Below are positions 1 to 11,952 of a stretch of 64,000 nt of DNA, piece by piece. The first letter of the stretch is position 1. Every line of letters begins with the position of its first letter. Under the pieces are notes generated by a model that made no database searches, was not told where the DNA came from, and saw only the letters and a list, made by a program, of their open reading frames with translations. The stretch lies in NCBI GenBank assembly GCA_964255285.1, contig CAXUUL010000009.1:1-64000 (forward strand), read 5' to 3'. The translations under genes were made by a program, and so were the position numbers. The stretch comes from Ionaspis alba. Taxonomy: Eukaryota.

Positions 1-9
1 GAAATAAGG

Positions 10-103
10 TTTTACCGCAGGAATTCTAAAGAATTCGCTCGGGTCATAGGGTTAGATTTTATCGCAGAAATTCTAAAAAATTCGCTCGGGTTATAAGGAT
101 AGA
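10..103. repeat. Two degenerate 47-bp tandem copies at an AT-rich window start, probably the edge of a RIP-mutated repeat or transposon
   Basis: Copies 10-56 and 57-103 differ at 6 of 47 positions, 5 of them C>T or G>A; very AT-rich DNA follows to about 180. Confidence 0.7.
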
Positions 104-473
104 ATTTTTCAAAATTAATTTTAAATATTTAAATTGTATTGTACTGTTTGGAGCAATATAACAAGCTGATAATATTATATCGTGTCTTCCCTCTACTTGA
201 TATTCGGATCCTTTCTCACGTCTTCAAGATCACCGTCCTTGCGTTGTAACACACGATGAGGTTATCCGGCTGAAAAACCCCTACACAACTGAGTGGCGGT
301 GACACTGTGTCTGGCCGTTCTCCTGCTCAATTACGATATTTCTGAGACCAATCCTCTTGCCTTGGCCTCGATCTCTCGCTCGCTGAGAATTGAAGATCAA
401 TTCGACTTCGTCTCTACCAGATTCGGCCCGTGTCCACGTGAGCAGAACGCGTGGATCATCAATCAATCGGTTC

Positions 474-3400
474 ATGGCGGCAAAGGGCGGATCATCCGAG
501 TATGATAGTATTGCCAGACAACATACGAGCGCTAAGAAGCAAAACAATGACCGCAAACACGCAGCCCAGTTTAAGAGACAACACTTCGTAGTCGCACTAT
601 TCTTCCTCTGGATCATGTAAGAAATCTCCATACTGTGTTATCTCGTCTGACCATTCAGTTCACTCCACACCATCGGAATCTACCTCTTCACAAAAGGGTT
701 TCTCCTGACTCGACTAGTTCTCGACCACAAGTCCGAATGTTCGAAACCACCTCTTCCACTCCCAGGTCAGCACTCTGGTTGCTGGTACCCCAAGCAATTC
801 GATAAAGCCGTCATCATAATCATCGACGCACTTCGATATGACTTCACAATTCCTTCTCCCAAAGACCACCATTTCCTCAACGCCTTCACAGTCCTTCACG
901 AAAACGCCGTGCAAACGCCTAACAATGCCTTCCTCCTTCCTTTTATTGCAGACCCTCCTACTACAACACTACAAAGACTCAAAGGATTAATGACGGGGAC
1001 GCTCCCAACCTTCATCGATGCTGGATCCAACTTTGCAGGGACGGCTATCGACGAGGATAACCTGATAGATCAACTGTACAAAGCAAACAAGACTTTGGTA
1101 CACCTTGGGGATGATACCTGGCACTCTCTCTTCCCTGGCTATTTCGATCAGAATCTCACTCATGCTTACGATTCGTTCAACGTGTGGGATTTACATACAG
1201 TCGACAACGGAGTGATAGATCACTTAATGCCACTACTTAGCCAGAATGAGAAGTGGGACGTCATCTTTGGACACTTCCTGGGAGTCGATCATGCTGGCCA
1301 TCGTTATGGTCCAGATCACTCTGCCATGACTGGCAAGCTACGCCAAATGGATGAGGTCATTCGTCAGATGATAGCTTCAATTGCGGACGACACACTCCTC
1401 GTTGTCATGGGAGACCATGGTATGGATGCGAAGGGTGATCATGGAGGCGAGTCCGACGATGAGGTGGAAGCCGCCTTGTGGATGTACTCTAAGAGAGGCA
1501 TCTTCGGACGAGATTCCGATCACCTTCTGCCACCCGCCACAGCCAAAGGAAGAGCAGTTGCTCAGATCGACTTGGTACCAACCCTTTCCCTCCTACTGGG
1601 CTTACCTATACCGTTCAATAATCTTGGAGCACCTATCAAAGAAGCATTCATTGGCAGCAAGGGGAACGACCTCCACGGTGTTGCATCTGCAAGCGCGCTC
1701 ACTGGTGCGCAAATCCACAGATACCAGCACGAATATGCTCTCGCACGAGGGTTGGACGAGAGTATAACATCTGAACCAGAGACTGCATGGTCAAGGGCAA
1801 TGGACTTCTGGATTAGTAAAGGACGTTTGAAGCATAAGGAAGCTTCAGCTGCGTTCACAGCGTTTTCCGAATACCAGAAGCAAAACCTTGCCTTGTGCAA
1901 GAGATTGTGGGCCAGGTTCGACATCCCAAACATACTGGAAGGCATCACAGTGTTGATTCTGGCTGTTGGAGTTCTCCTTGTTTTCAGCCAGTCCACAGAT
2001 TTGAGTACCATACCAGTGGCTTTGAGAAGAGTGGCGGTTGGGTCTATCGTAGGCACGGTACTGGGCAGGCTCGTGGCTTCCACCTTACCTAATGTTCCTT
2101 TATTCGACGTATCTTTGCTTGGATTCGCCCTCGGTGGCACCTTTGGCTATTTCTCCGTCCATCGCCTGGGCAAGACTGCGTTATTCTTCCCCACTTCATT
2201 ATGGGGTTGGACTGCTTTCCTCTTCACGATAAGCCAATCCCTTGGCTTTGCTTCAAACTCATACACAATATGGGAAGATGAAATCTTACTATTCTTCCTC
2301 GCAACTTTCGCGTTCACCTCTATCATTTCGTCACTACGTCAAGTGAACACCTCGGACCGCATTCTTGGCCTGTATCATTCATCTCTCTTTCTCTTTATCA
2401 CGAGGCTCGCATCTCTATCCAGGCTATGTCGTGAAGAGCAGATGCCGTACTGTAGATCTACATATTACGCCTCAGCGACATCTTCCACTTCGGCAACGTG
2501 GCAATTGCTCATTCCTTACGTTCTAGCCATATTGCTTCCCGGAATCATCAAATCGTATTACCAAGGCACAAAGTCATATTCTGGATCGGCTATATTCTGG
2601 ATCGGCTTTGCGTTGAGGATGGGCTTTTTGGGATCCGCCATCTATTGGACACTGGATTCAGCAGATGATGGGAATTGGCTCCGAATTGAAAGCGGTACCC
2701 TCAAAACTATCAGAGTCATGGTTGCACAGATAGTCCTTGGCATTGCCTTTGCTGCAGGTACAACGACGTTCGTTTGGGCACCTCCATGCTCGCGTGTGGA
2801 GTCCTCACCTGTAAACCAAGTAAATGGCACTCAAGGGCCACGGCTAAAAACAATCAAGATTCTGGGATTCGCTAATCTTCATGGGTCCCGCTACTTTCTA
2901 CTTGTCACAAACTGGCTCCTTGCGATTTCCCTAGTCCAGAAACCCATGGGAGCTGGTGCAATTGGCCTGCTAGCTTGGCAAATACTTTCACTGTTGGAGA
3001 TCATTGATACAAATGCTCTTTCACAAAGCTCGGTCGGCCCGATCGTACTTGGCATACTGGGTAATTTCTACTTCTTCAAGACCGGCCATCAGGCAGCTTT
3101 GGCAAGTATCCAGTGGGATTCAGCCTTCATTGCATTGAAGACTATTCGATATCCATGGTCACCAATACTCCTACTCTTCAACACTTTTGGCGCACAAATG
3201 CTCACCAGTATAGCGGTCCCTTTGGTGGCTCTTTGGAAGCAACCATCTAAAAAGGAGGGCCTCCTTAGAGATGTTGGTAGAGCGCTAGCCAGACACTTGT
3301 CGTTTTACGCAGTCATCAACGTTGCTACGACAATGTGGGCTGCTTGGCTAAGACGCCATCTTATGCTTTACAGGATTTTCAGTCCGAGATTCATGACTGG

Positions 3401-3503
3401 CACTGCTGCACTCCTGGTGGTAGACTTGGTAGGGCTCTCGATAGCGCTGTTGGGATTCAGAATTAACACGTTGAGTGTTGCTGCGGTATTCGGATGGAAG
3501 TAA
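474..3503 (+). CDS. GPI13: GPI ethanolamine phosphate transferase 3 (PIG-O type)
   Basis: ATG 474, intron 617-658 (GTAAGA..CTGAC..CAG). Spliced reading gives FTKGFLLTR, IIDALRYDF, ADPPTTTLQRLKG, HFLGVDHAGH, GDHGM..GDHGG and many TM segments, joining ORF 909-3503. Confidence 0.95.
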
Positions 3504-3834
3504 ATCCGTGGAGCATTTGTATCTTGTGCAGCTTTCCTTCTATGAAGATACCCCGCCACATTGGCATATTTATAATATTGTATAATAGTAGATCAATGTA
3601 TACAGAAGTGATCGATAGAGGTGACGCCGGGTAGTGTAATCCAGACTATGTCTCTCCTACCGGTCTAATAATACACTTGGAAATTGTCCTATCATTGTTG
3701 TTCCGAGTGAATCAAAGTCAATGAGGCTGCGATCCCGAAGAAGCGCCGTACTTTCACCTGAGGACTTGATATCTCCCACCTGTATTTTCGACACGTCCAG
3801 CATCCGAATCTGCTCCCATACTATCTTTGTAAAC

Positions 3835-6334
3835 ATGACGGGCGAAACTCCTGATCCCAAGACGTTCAAGTCTTGGGAGGATGCCTTTCAGTATCCCATT
3901 CCCATTGTGCGGCAAATGGAACAACAACTTCGTAGAGATATTGCTAGTAACAAGGAGAAATTAAGGAACGTTGTAGGGTACGTAATTTCCCATGGGACTC
4001 TAGATTCTGTGCTGATCATCGACTCGGACAGTACGAGCTACAGAGATTTGGTTGGGACGGCCGAGAGGATTATCAACATGGACAAGGACATGCAACATAT
4101 CGAGACGCACCTGGCCAGGTTGGGAAAGCAATCCAATAGTACTTTGCTAGAGAAGACCATTTCCAATATCCAACTACTGGATGGGCAAGCTATGCACGCA
4201 GGTAAGACCTGTAGCCTACCTGTTGAAGTTTGGAGGAAAGCTTCCTTTACAAGGACTAACAGACCTAGCGCAGGACCGATATACCTTTGCATCTCAACTT
4301 GCGGTGTTACGAAGTTGCCCGGAAGTGCTTTCTCGCCTTCTACGAAAGGATGATTCTGTTCTCCTAGCTGCCAAGGTTCTAGTTATATCAAGATTGCTGC
4401 ATAAGAAGCTCTCAGAGCAGAATAACACCGTGACATATATTGACATGATTCGCCAGCGACTGAGCAAGCTACGTCAAAAACTACTGACCAGGATTGACCG
4501 CCGGCTCAAGTATTTGGGTCATGATACTCAAGGGCTTGTAGACGCCATGTGCGCCTTTGCCTTGGCCACAAGCTCGTCCACAATGGACATCCTACGGCAT
4601 TTTCATTACTTGAGGTTAAAGACAATCTCTGCTCAAGACCAAACAGAACAGTCTAGTGACCATGACATCCTGGGTGCACTGCGATTATGGGTCCAAACCA
4701 TACAGGACACTCACGGCATCTTTCCCCGACAACTTGCTACCTCGCTTGCTCGTCTCAAATCCATCCCGCTGCTTCAGGATCAAGGAGTTTTGTCCATTCC
4801 TGAACTGGACTATGAAGTTCACGAGCCTTGGGTGGGCGACGATATCAAGAACTTCATACCGTACGTCCGACACGACGACCTTTCGGTAAGCACAGCTACT
4901 GAGTATCTGTCTAGATGGGCTCCCGAGGCTATTAGGAGTCTTGTTCAGCGTCTTCGTCGCATGTTGAGATCAACGGCCAGCACTTCGGCGATTGTGGACC
5001 TGCGGCGGAACTTTTTCGAGCTGTGGCTCTCAAGCCAGGCTCATCTCAAGGGAATTCATGAATTGCATGCTCTTGGTTCATTTCGCGGCGCTTTCAATGA
5101 TAGGCTCAATGCGCTTATAAGAGAGAACGCAGGCACGTTGGTCAAGGTAACAACCACCATCACGGATCTAGTGCAACAATCAGGCTTCGACAAGCATGTT
5201 CTCTCTCCATCACTTTGGACTGTCTCCCCGACCTCACTACAACTCAACGATGGGGCGGACACGTTCACAAAAGAGTTGCGTGCAGCTTATCGTGGAGAAT
5301 GTGGAATCATTTGCTCCGTCCTGCAGCTGTTTCATGGCTGGGTATCGAAAATGCGAGATCTAGAGATGGTTATAGAGGAAATGGAACGTGTGGACTGGAA
5401 TCACACGTTGGACGAAGCTGAGGACAATAACCTGGAAGATGATGTACCAGAGTTGCTGAGCAAAGTTGACCCAGGAACTCTCAGAGTAAGCCTAAGGCAA
5501 GCCGTTCGTTATGCGTGCTTGGACATGCAATGCTCAGTCAATGACTTGACGAACGATCTTGGCCATTACTCCAAATCGAGCCCGAGGGTCATCTTCCTGC
5601 TCCGAGCGCTGCGGGAGATAAGGCTAAGACTCCCAGCAAACTTCGAAGTCGATGGCGTTTTGGCCTCTAGCGTCAGAACGTTGCACGAGATCGTTGGCTG
5701 TCAAATCGTTGACAGGGTGATGGCGGACCACAAGACACGAATTTGCAGATCAGTGACGCGTCGTCGTATACCTGGCCGCCCACTCTGGGATGGAAATCCA
5801 GAACTGCCTGTCCTGCCGTCCTCGTGGACTGTCGCGTTCCTTCAAGCCCTTCAATCAGCTCTGGATGATGTAGGCCAGGACATATGGAGCCCTCAAGCCA
5901 TGGATCAGATCAAGCGGACAGTGCGTGTGAGCCTGGCAAAGCAGTTGTTGGCCTGTAGATACGATGATCAAGACATCAATGGACACGGCGCCTCCGACAA
6001 TTTTGGCCAATCATCGGAAAACAGCATGGCTTTACACCCAGTCGCTGAATTAAGCGGAGATAGGGAAGACAATGATCATGAACAAAGAACCCATCTTTTG
6101 CCGGCCTCCGATGACCGGAAGGTCCAACACCTCTTCGATCTAGTTTATGTGAGCTCTGCTACCTACATCGATCCGAAGCATCACTTTGACCGAGTCCTCG
6201 ATCCGTTGTCCGAGTGTTATCAACAAATGAGGAAGGAGACAGCCATTGAGTTCACTGACTTGACGCGACTTGAAGCGAACGCTAATGGTTATTGGAAGCG
6301 GACTTCGCTACTGTTTGGGCTACTGATATCATGA
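3835..6334 (+). CDS. COG1: Vps51/Vps67-domain protein, conserved oligomeric Golgi complex subunit 1-like
   Basis: ATG 3835; introns 3978-4031 and 4202-4268; N-terminal WEDAFQYPIP..EKLRNVVG-TSYRDLVGTAE and C-terminal YWKRTSLLFGLL. Confidence 0.72.
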
Positions 6335-6690
6335 AACCTGGGGTTTAGCTTTCTCAGGTCATGCACTTAGCCTCTCAAGAACCTTCCGCATAGATTATTG
6401 AATAATGCGAGATAAGTAGATGTGAATTTCGAGAGTCATGCCACCTAAGATGATAGACTAGGAGTATGACGTGCATAAAACTTCATGGCGCGTGTTTTCA
6501 GCAAGCCCAATCACTGAGCTAACAGTGTGCTGGGTAAGACGACCGAAGCTTTCTGTACATTCCTATGTCTGTCTACCGCGTCGCGATTGACGTAGGAAAT
6601 ATTAAATATTCACACACTTGAGCAATTAATAATACGGCAAATGAGACTGCGTGCGTACAGTAGAGTGAAAAGCCTAGAAACGAACGCGTA

Positions 6691-6900
6691 GTCTGTAGCG
6701 ACAGTGATCCAGGTGGTACTTGAACGACGGTCAATACACTGACTTCGGTGATGGCTTGCGCTCAAAAGCTTGAGAAGCCAAGACGCTACAAGGCTCGCCT
6801 CACCATTAAACGCGGTGAGGCGAGGTGTAGCGTCTTGGTTAGGCGAGCTCTCTAGTCTATTGGCGGAAAGCTGAGTGGTTCAACTGCCGAGCATTTTTTT
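6691..6900 (+). ncRNA. Candidate structured non-coding RNA (possible Pol III transcript; pri-milRNA or SRP-like fold)
   Basis: Near-perfect hairpin 6778-6838, second hairpin 6753-6779, long-range pairs 6712-6736 with 6858-6888, T7 run at 6894-6900; no ORF; lies between two convergent genes. Confidence 0.5.
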
Positions 6901-7097
6901 CGGTTTTTAATGAATTGGCGATAAAGGACAATCGTCTTCGCACATATAATAACGACGAGACGGTGACAACAAAACAAATATACAAAGAAAGATGATGATT
7001 ACGATGCCTACTCAAGCTGCGCACTTACCTTCAAGGAGTATCATATGGAGGAGACCTCTGGAGCTCATTACAAATCATCGTCGAAGCGGAGATCCTC

Positions 7098-9182
7098 CTA
7101 AGAAGGCTCCTTGACAGGCTTCTTGCGAGGCGCAGCCTTCTTCGGCCTGCCCCGTGTAGCCCTTTTTGGCCTGACGGGTCTGACAAGCTCATCAACTGAT
7201 AGGGATTCCAGTTCTTTCTGGCTTTCACCGGTCTCTTCGTCATCTTCGTCGAAGTCCAACGGTTCAAATTTGACACCACCGCCTAGGCGAGCCCGTTTTG
7301 GACGGTCCGGTCCATTCTGATCAAATTCGGCTCTCTTCCGAGGACGTTGCTTTGAAGGAGTAGGTCGTCCTGGGGATGATCTGGCCGGACGTCGAGACAA
7401 TGAAGGTGTTCGACCTCGTGTCAATTGTGAAGCCTTAGGCGGCGAGCGGCGAGTTCTCGATAGAAAATGCTGGGTCTGTTCTTCTTCCGAAACGATTTCC
7501 CCCTCTAACTCGTCCTCCTCGGTATCGAGGTTGTACACCAGACGACCTTTGATAGGAGTAAGGATCAGTCCAGCAAGGGTACTGACGGTATCTCTTCCAG
7601 GCTTGGAAACAACTTCGTAGGGATTGTACCATTCGCTGTTGACTTTGATCGCATAAGGGCTCGGTCGAGTGGTCTTGCACTGGATTATCGTTTCAGGTGC
7701 CTTTCTAGTCCTGGTTCTCATGATGGGCTGTGCTGGCAATGCAGATTGGATTGGAAGAGGTTCATCGTATTGTTTTGCAACTGTGTCACCATTAGCATAT
7801 CTTTACAGGTTTGGATGATTGGCCATCTTACTCAATGCCAACTGTTGTCTGCCTGAAGATCCAGACCTCGGTGCAACTCGTCGACCAGCAGAAACCTCTA
7901 GTTGATCATCCCAGTCTTCATCCATTGGTCGAAACACGTCTCCGAAGAACTTAGCCTCTTCGTCATCGTAATTGTGTTTCTCTGATGGGGAGAAAAAGTT
8001 GTAGAACGGATTCAAGTCCCAGGCAGTACCACTGATAACTAAGCCCCGTCTCGCGTGCTCTCCAAGCTTGAATGGAGGCCGAGGGCTCAGGAGATTCTTC
8101 CTTACACGGAGACTGTCTTTTGGGAGGCTGAATTGATCCCAACTTGCCTGGGACATGATATTCTGCACGTGCTCTAGGCGAACAGAGTACGTGATTTTTG
8201 ACTTTGGTGCATCACATGGTGCTCTGTACTGTTTCCACCAAGACTGTCCATAATGAAGAGCATCCTTCATTTCATTCTTCATGATGATAGGGTCTGGGTA
8301 CCATCCATCGAATAGCCAGGCTATTAGGGTCGTACCGTGCTCAAAGTAAACATCTTCACCGAACCAGACCGGGTCAGCATCATGCTTGAGATTCTGCACC
8401 CAAATCGTGTGCCCAAGCTCGTGAACCAGGTTAATACCGCACGCAAACGCCGCGGTCAGATGACGGTCAGTGGTCTTTGGTGCTTTTAGCAAAACGTCAA
8501 CGAATTTCGTCGTGACTGCCACAACGATACGGCGACGAGGAAGGTTGTTCTTGATGTCTCGCTCCGAGGCGCCTATCCAGTCGTCGGGACGTTGAAGCGT
8601 AACTTGGTTGGCTTTCCACTTTCCAGTGTGATTGAGTCCAAATCCCCCTTCCTTGAGCAGAGTTGAGGTTTCCTCCCATTGAACATACTTTGCCATATCA
8701 AGGAGTTCTCGATGTGCCAGTTCGATCTCGCGAGGATCTCTCTTGTCATCGATAACAACTCGCTCTGGCATCCGGGGAAACCCTTCGCAAGGTTCCCAGC
8801 TCTCGTCTGACTCGTAGTCATCTACCTTATCACGTTTGTTTGGTCGTGACTTAGAGTATCGGTTCTGAGTATCAGGATGAAATACCGGTCGAGGAAGAAA
8901 ATTGCACAAATAGGGGCCAGCGACCTCAAGTAGTCTGGTAGCGATCTGGAAGCTTTGATGCATAGCATCATAACGTTTCGCATCTATGTTCTTCCAACGG
9001 TCCTTATGAAAGATTGGATGGACTGGTCCTTTCAAGTCCGCAAAGTATATCCCTTTCGGATCGACGGCATGAAATTTCTCCAACTCAGCTAGAATGAATA
9101 CTTTCGGGGGGAAAGTGGTCTTATCTCCCTGAGAAGTACCCTTCAGAAGATTTTCTGGTCGTCTCTTTGGTGGTCCAAACAT
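7098..9182 (-). CDS. Uncharacterised protein (~677 aa) with a zincin-type HExxH motif and a basic disordered C-terminus with an AT-hook-like RGRP
   Basis: ATG 9182 in GCCAAGATG context; intron 7781-7831 (GTAAGA..GCTAAT..CAG) joins ORFs 7803-9182 and 7098-7739 in frame; HELGH at 8409-8423; TRGRPKK with RGRP at 7143-7154. Confidence 0.8.
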
Positions 9183-9615
9183 CTTGGCGGCCGTATCAGA
9201 CTAACACGAGAGCAATGGAACGGAGAAGCGGTTGGAACCATAAGAGTGGCAGCAGCAGTATAAAAAGTCAAACATCCCTTTTTAAAAGCCATTGGTACCT
9301 TGAGGAACATCCTGTTTGCGGTAAGCCGGAGGAGAAGGAAATAAAAACTACAAGCCGGAAATGGATCAGAATCGACGGCTAAAAAGAGATGGACTGCAAT
9401 GCCATCTCCGTAAGTAGAAGTCATAGAGAGAAATAAATCCTTTGCATCAAGAGCCGCTTCAGCAACTCATACACAACACAGGACCACCTCGTTCAAGGAC
9501 AGGTGGTTAAAGAGGTAATCAGATGTAAGGTTGATGATGAGATATCAATCAATTCGTTGATATCATATATGACAAATGAAACAGATTAGATATAACGCAT
9601 ATATCTGGCCCTAAG

Positions 9616-9642
9616 TCAATGTGTTCAATGTGTTCAATGTGT
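9616..9642. repeat. 9-bp tandem repeat (TCAATGTGT)x3
   Basis: Three exact copies read directly in intergenic DNA. Confidence 0.8.
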
Positions 9643-10020
9643 GTAATTGCAGTGGGAATTGCCTGAAGTGTTCTCAGAAAGTAGCAGGCAGTGTGGGGGA
9701 TCCCCAGCTATCCGGACTAGTGACGATATCCATGGAGTATAGAGTACGAGATTGTGGTAGCCCGCAAACAGACAAGCACCCAGCAACTGCTGCTTGAAAG
9801 CATTTTGAGGTTAGTGCGTTCCAACACGAGTGATGAGCGTCGATGGCTCAAAGATGACAGACAAAATGCAGTTGCTGCAAAAGACGACTGACGCATTCGT
9901 GCTAGTGTGCACTTGAAGTTGTAAATAGGAACAACTATTGACCGAGCTTGTCGCTCTCGGCAACCACCATCCATGTGATGAATACGAAGAGTGGAAGAGT
10001 AGAGATATCGATAGGAGACG

Positions 10021-11447
10021 ATGTCTATACCACGTCTTTTTTTCCTTTACCCGAGCTTCTGGAAGCCTATGCGCCATTGTGAGCGACAGCTGTTACGCTC
10101 ACCCCAGTCGCATGCTGGAATTTACAGGCACCGGAATCAGAATCGTCAGTTTCACGGAAACGGTAGACGAGGTCGAGAAAGCTTCGCACAACGATATGGT
10201 CCAGCCTCGGAGCAGCTGCCTCCTCAGACATCATCCAAAAATCCGCTTGACTGCCCTCCCGTTGTCTCCGAGTCAGGCCCTGTATGTCCCCATCCTCGAG
10301 GGCAAAGTAACGACAAATTGTCTCATATCAATTCCAGCTGACATAAAGTCCCAAGGATACATCGAGGCCAAAGAATAATACCGATACAACACCCGAGCGA
10401 CGAACGCCATCGGAAGGCAAGCTCGAACCTTCACGGGTAGTGGCGCGAGATGGAGGTGAATCTCAGCGAAAGAAATCACCGGTCGGAATTGCCCAAGATG
10501 GGAGCCAGAAACCACTGGAGACAGTGCTGCATATGGAAGCACCGACAGCTTCGAAATCAGATGAGCATAAACATTCTCACCTACATGCTTCACCGTATGT
10601 TCATCACTTCGATACCTATACACTAGTCAGGGATCTGGAAAAGGGCGGTTTCACCCAGGAACAAAGTGTCACTGTCATGAAGGCTGTAAGGAGTCTCTTG
10701 GCTGTCAACCTAGATGTTGCAAAGGAGGAACTTGTATCCAAGTCCGACATTGCCAATGTAAGGTGATTTCCGTCCTTAGCTATGAGTCTGTCTCGAGGTT
10801 GAAGGTTCAAAGCTGACGGCTGGTTCCTCAGGGATCGTACCTTTTTCAAGCAGCTTGTTCCGAGCTTCGTACAGAGGTCCAAAATTCTAGAAAGTCGGCT
10901 AACGAAAAAATGAGGACCGAGCGTGCTACACTGCAGCATGAAGTAGATATAATGGGCCAAAGACTGACGCAAGAGTCATTGACACTGAAGGACGATCTAC
11001 GAGGCATGTTCAATGACCGAAAAATGGCAATCCGCATGGAACAAAGGGCCATGGAGAGTTCGATACAGGAATTGAACTACAAAATCACGGTGGCGTTGAA
11101 TAGTGATAGCAAAGGGGAGGTCGAAGGCCTGAGATGGGTATTAACCAGGAGGGCCGCAATGGCCATTGTCAGTATGGCTAGTGAGTTCCACGTCGAGTTT
11201 CCTGTTGGCTGCACTAAATCTTCTACCAGTCCTCATACTGGGCTCGCTTCGTTATTCCTCCTACATGATACATATGCAAGAGCAGGAGCGCAAAAAGATG
11301 AATGCTCAGTCTTCGGCATCATCAGGCAGTGGCAATGCGAACTATACCGTCCCAGCGAGAGACTCGGGTACACAGACGAGGGAGTCGAATGTGATGCTTG
11401 CAACTATGGACACTGATTCAAATCCTGGTTATGTATCATTAGGATAA
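10021..11447 (+). CDS. DUF1640 / CCDC90-MCUR1-like mitochondrial coiled-coil protein
   Basis: Introns 10282-10355, 10758-10831, 11181-11229; Arg/Ser-rich presequence-like start, HHFDTYTLVRDLEKGGFT head motif, YLFQAACSELRTE, coiled coil, C-terminal TM after LRWVLTRR. Confidence 0.85.
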
Positions 11448-11952
11448 CGGAGATATGCCCACCGAAACTGGTACCTCCCTACATGAATGGCCAATACTGG
11501 TCAAGGTTACTCGATCGACCCTGCGGCGTCCTTTCTCACCTTTAACCTGGGCAGTATTGTGGAGATTATGTACTTCAATCCTTCATTTGGTCCACTTTTG
11601 GCACAGCTCGTCGTCTCTGATTGTTGAAACATAGGCCGGGTTGTGCTGTATTCCCGTGGATTACTCATGGTGAAGCAAAACACTCTACTTTTTGTAGACT
11701 CCTCCGCAAAAGTTCGATTATCGACTGTGAATGAGAGACAGAATCGAAGTTCTCTGCTTTCAAGCTGCCATCACAGCCTACAGCTGTGAGTGGTTCGCTT
11801 GCAGCTGGGGGCAGGGATTTGTCGTGTTTGTCCCACTGTACTGAGTCACGGACGTCAGTGTCAACGGAATTTTCCTCGGACATGTTCTACCAAACACGCG
11901 AGAGTACGATCATGTGGTGTTCCGAGTCAATCAAGACTACTTCCAGCATCAT

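Noticed and set aside
6691..6900. Calling the structured element canonical SRP RNA, tRNA, U snRNA, RNase P/MRP, TPP riboswitch or hammerhead/HDV ribozyme
   Set aside because: None of their diagnostic motifs (SRP helix 8, cloverleaf, ACAGAGA, CTGATGA..GAAA and so on) could be found by eye
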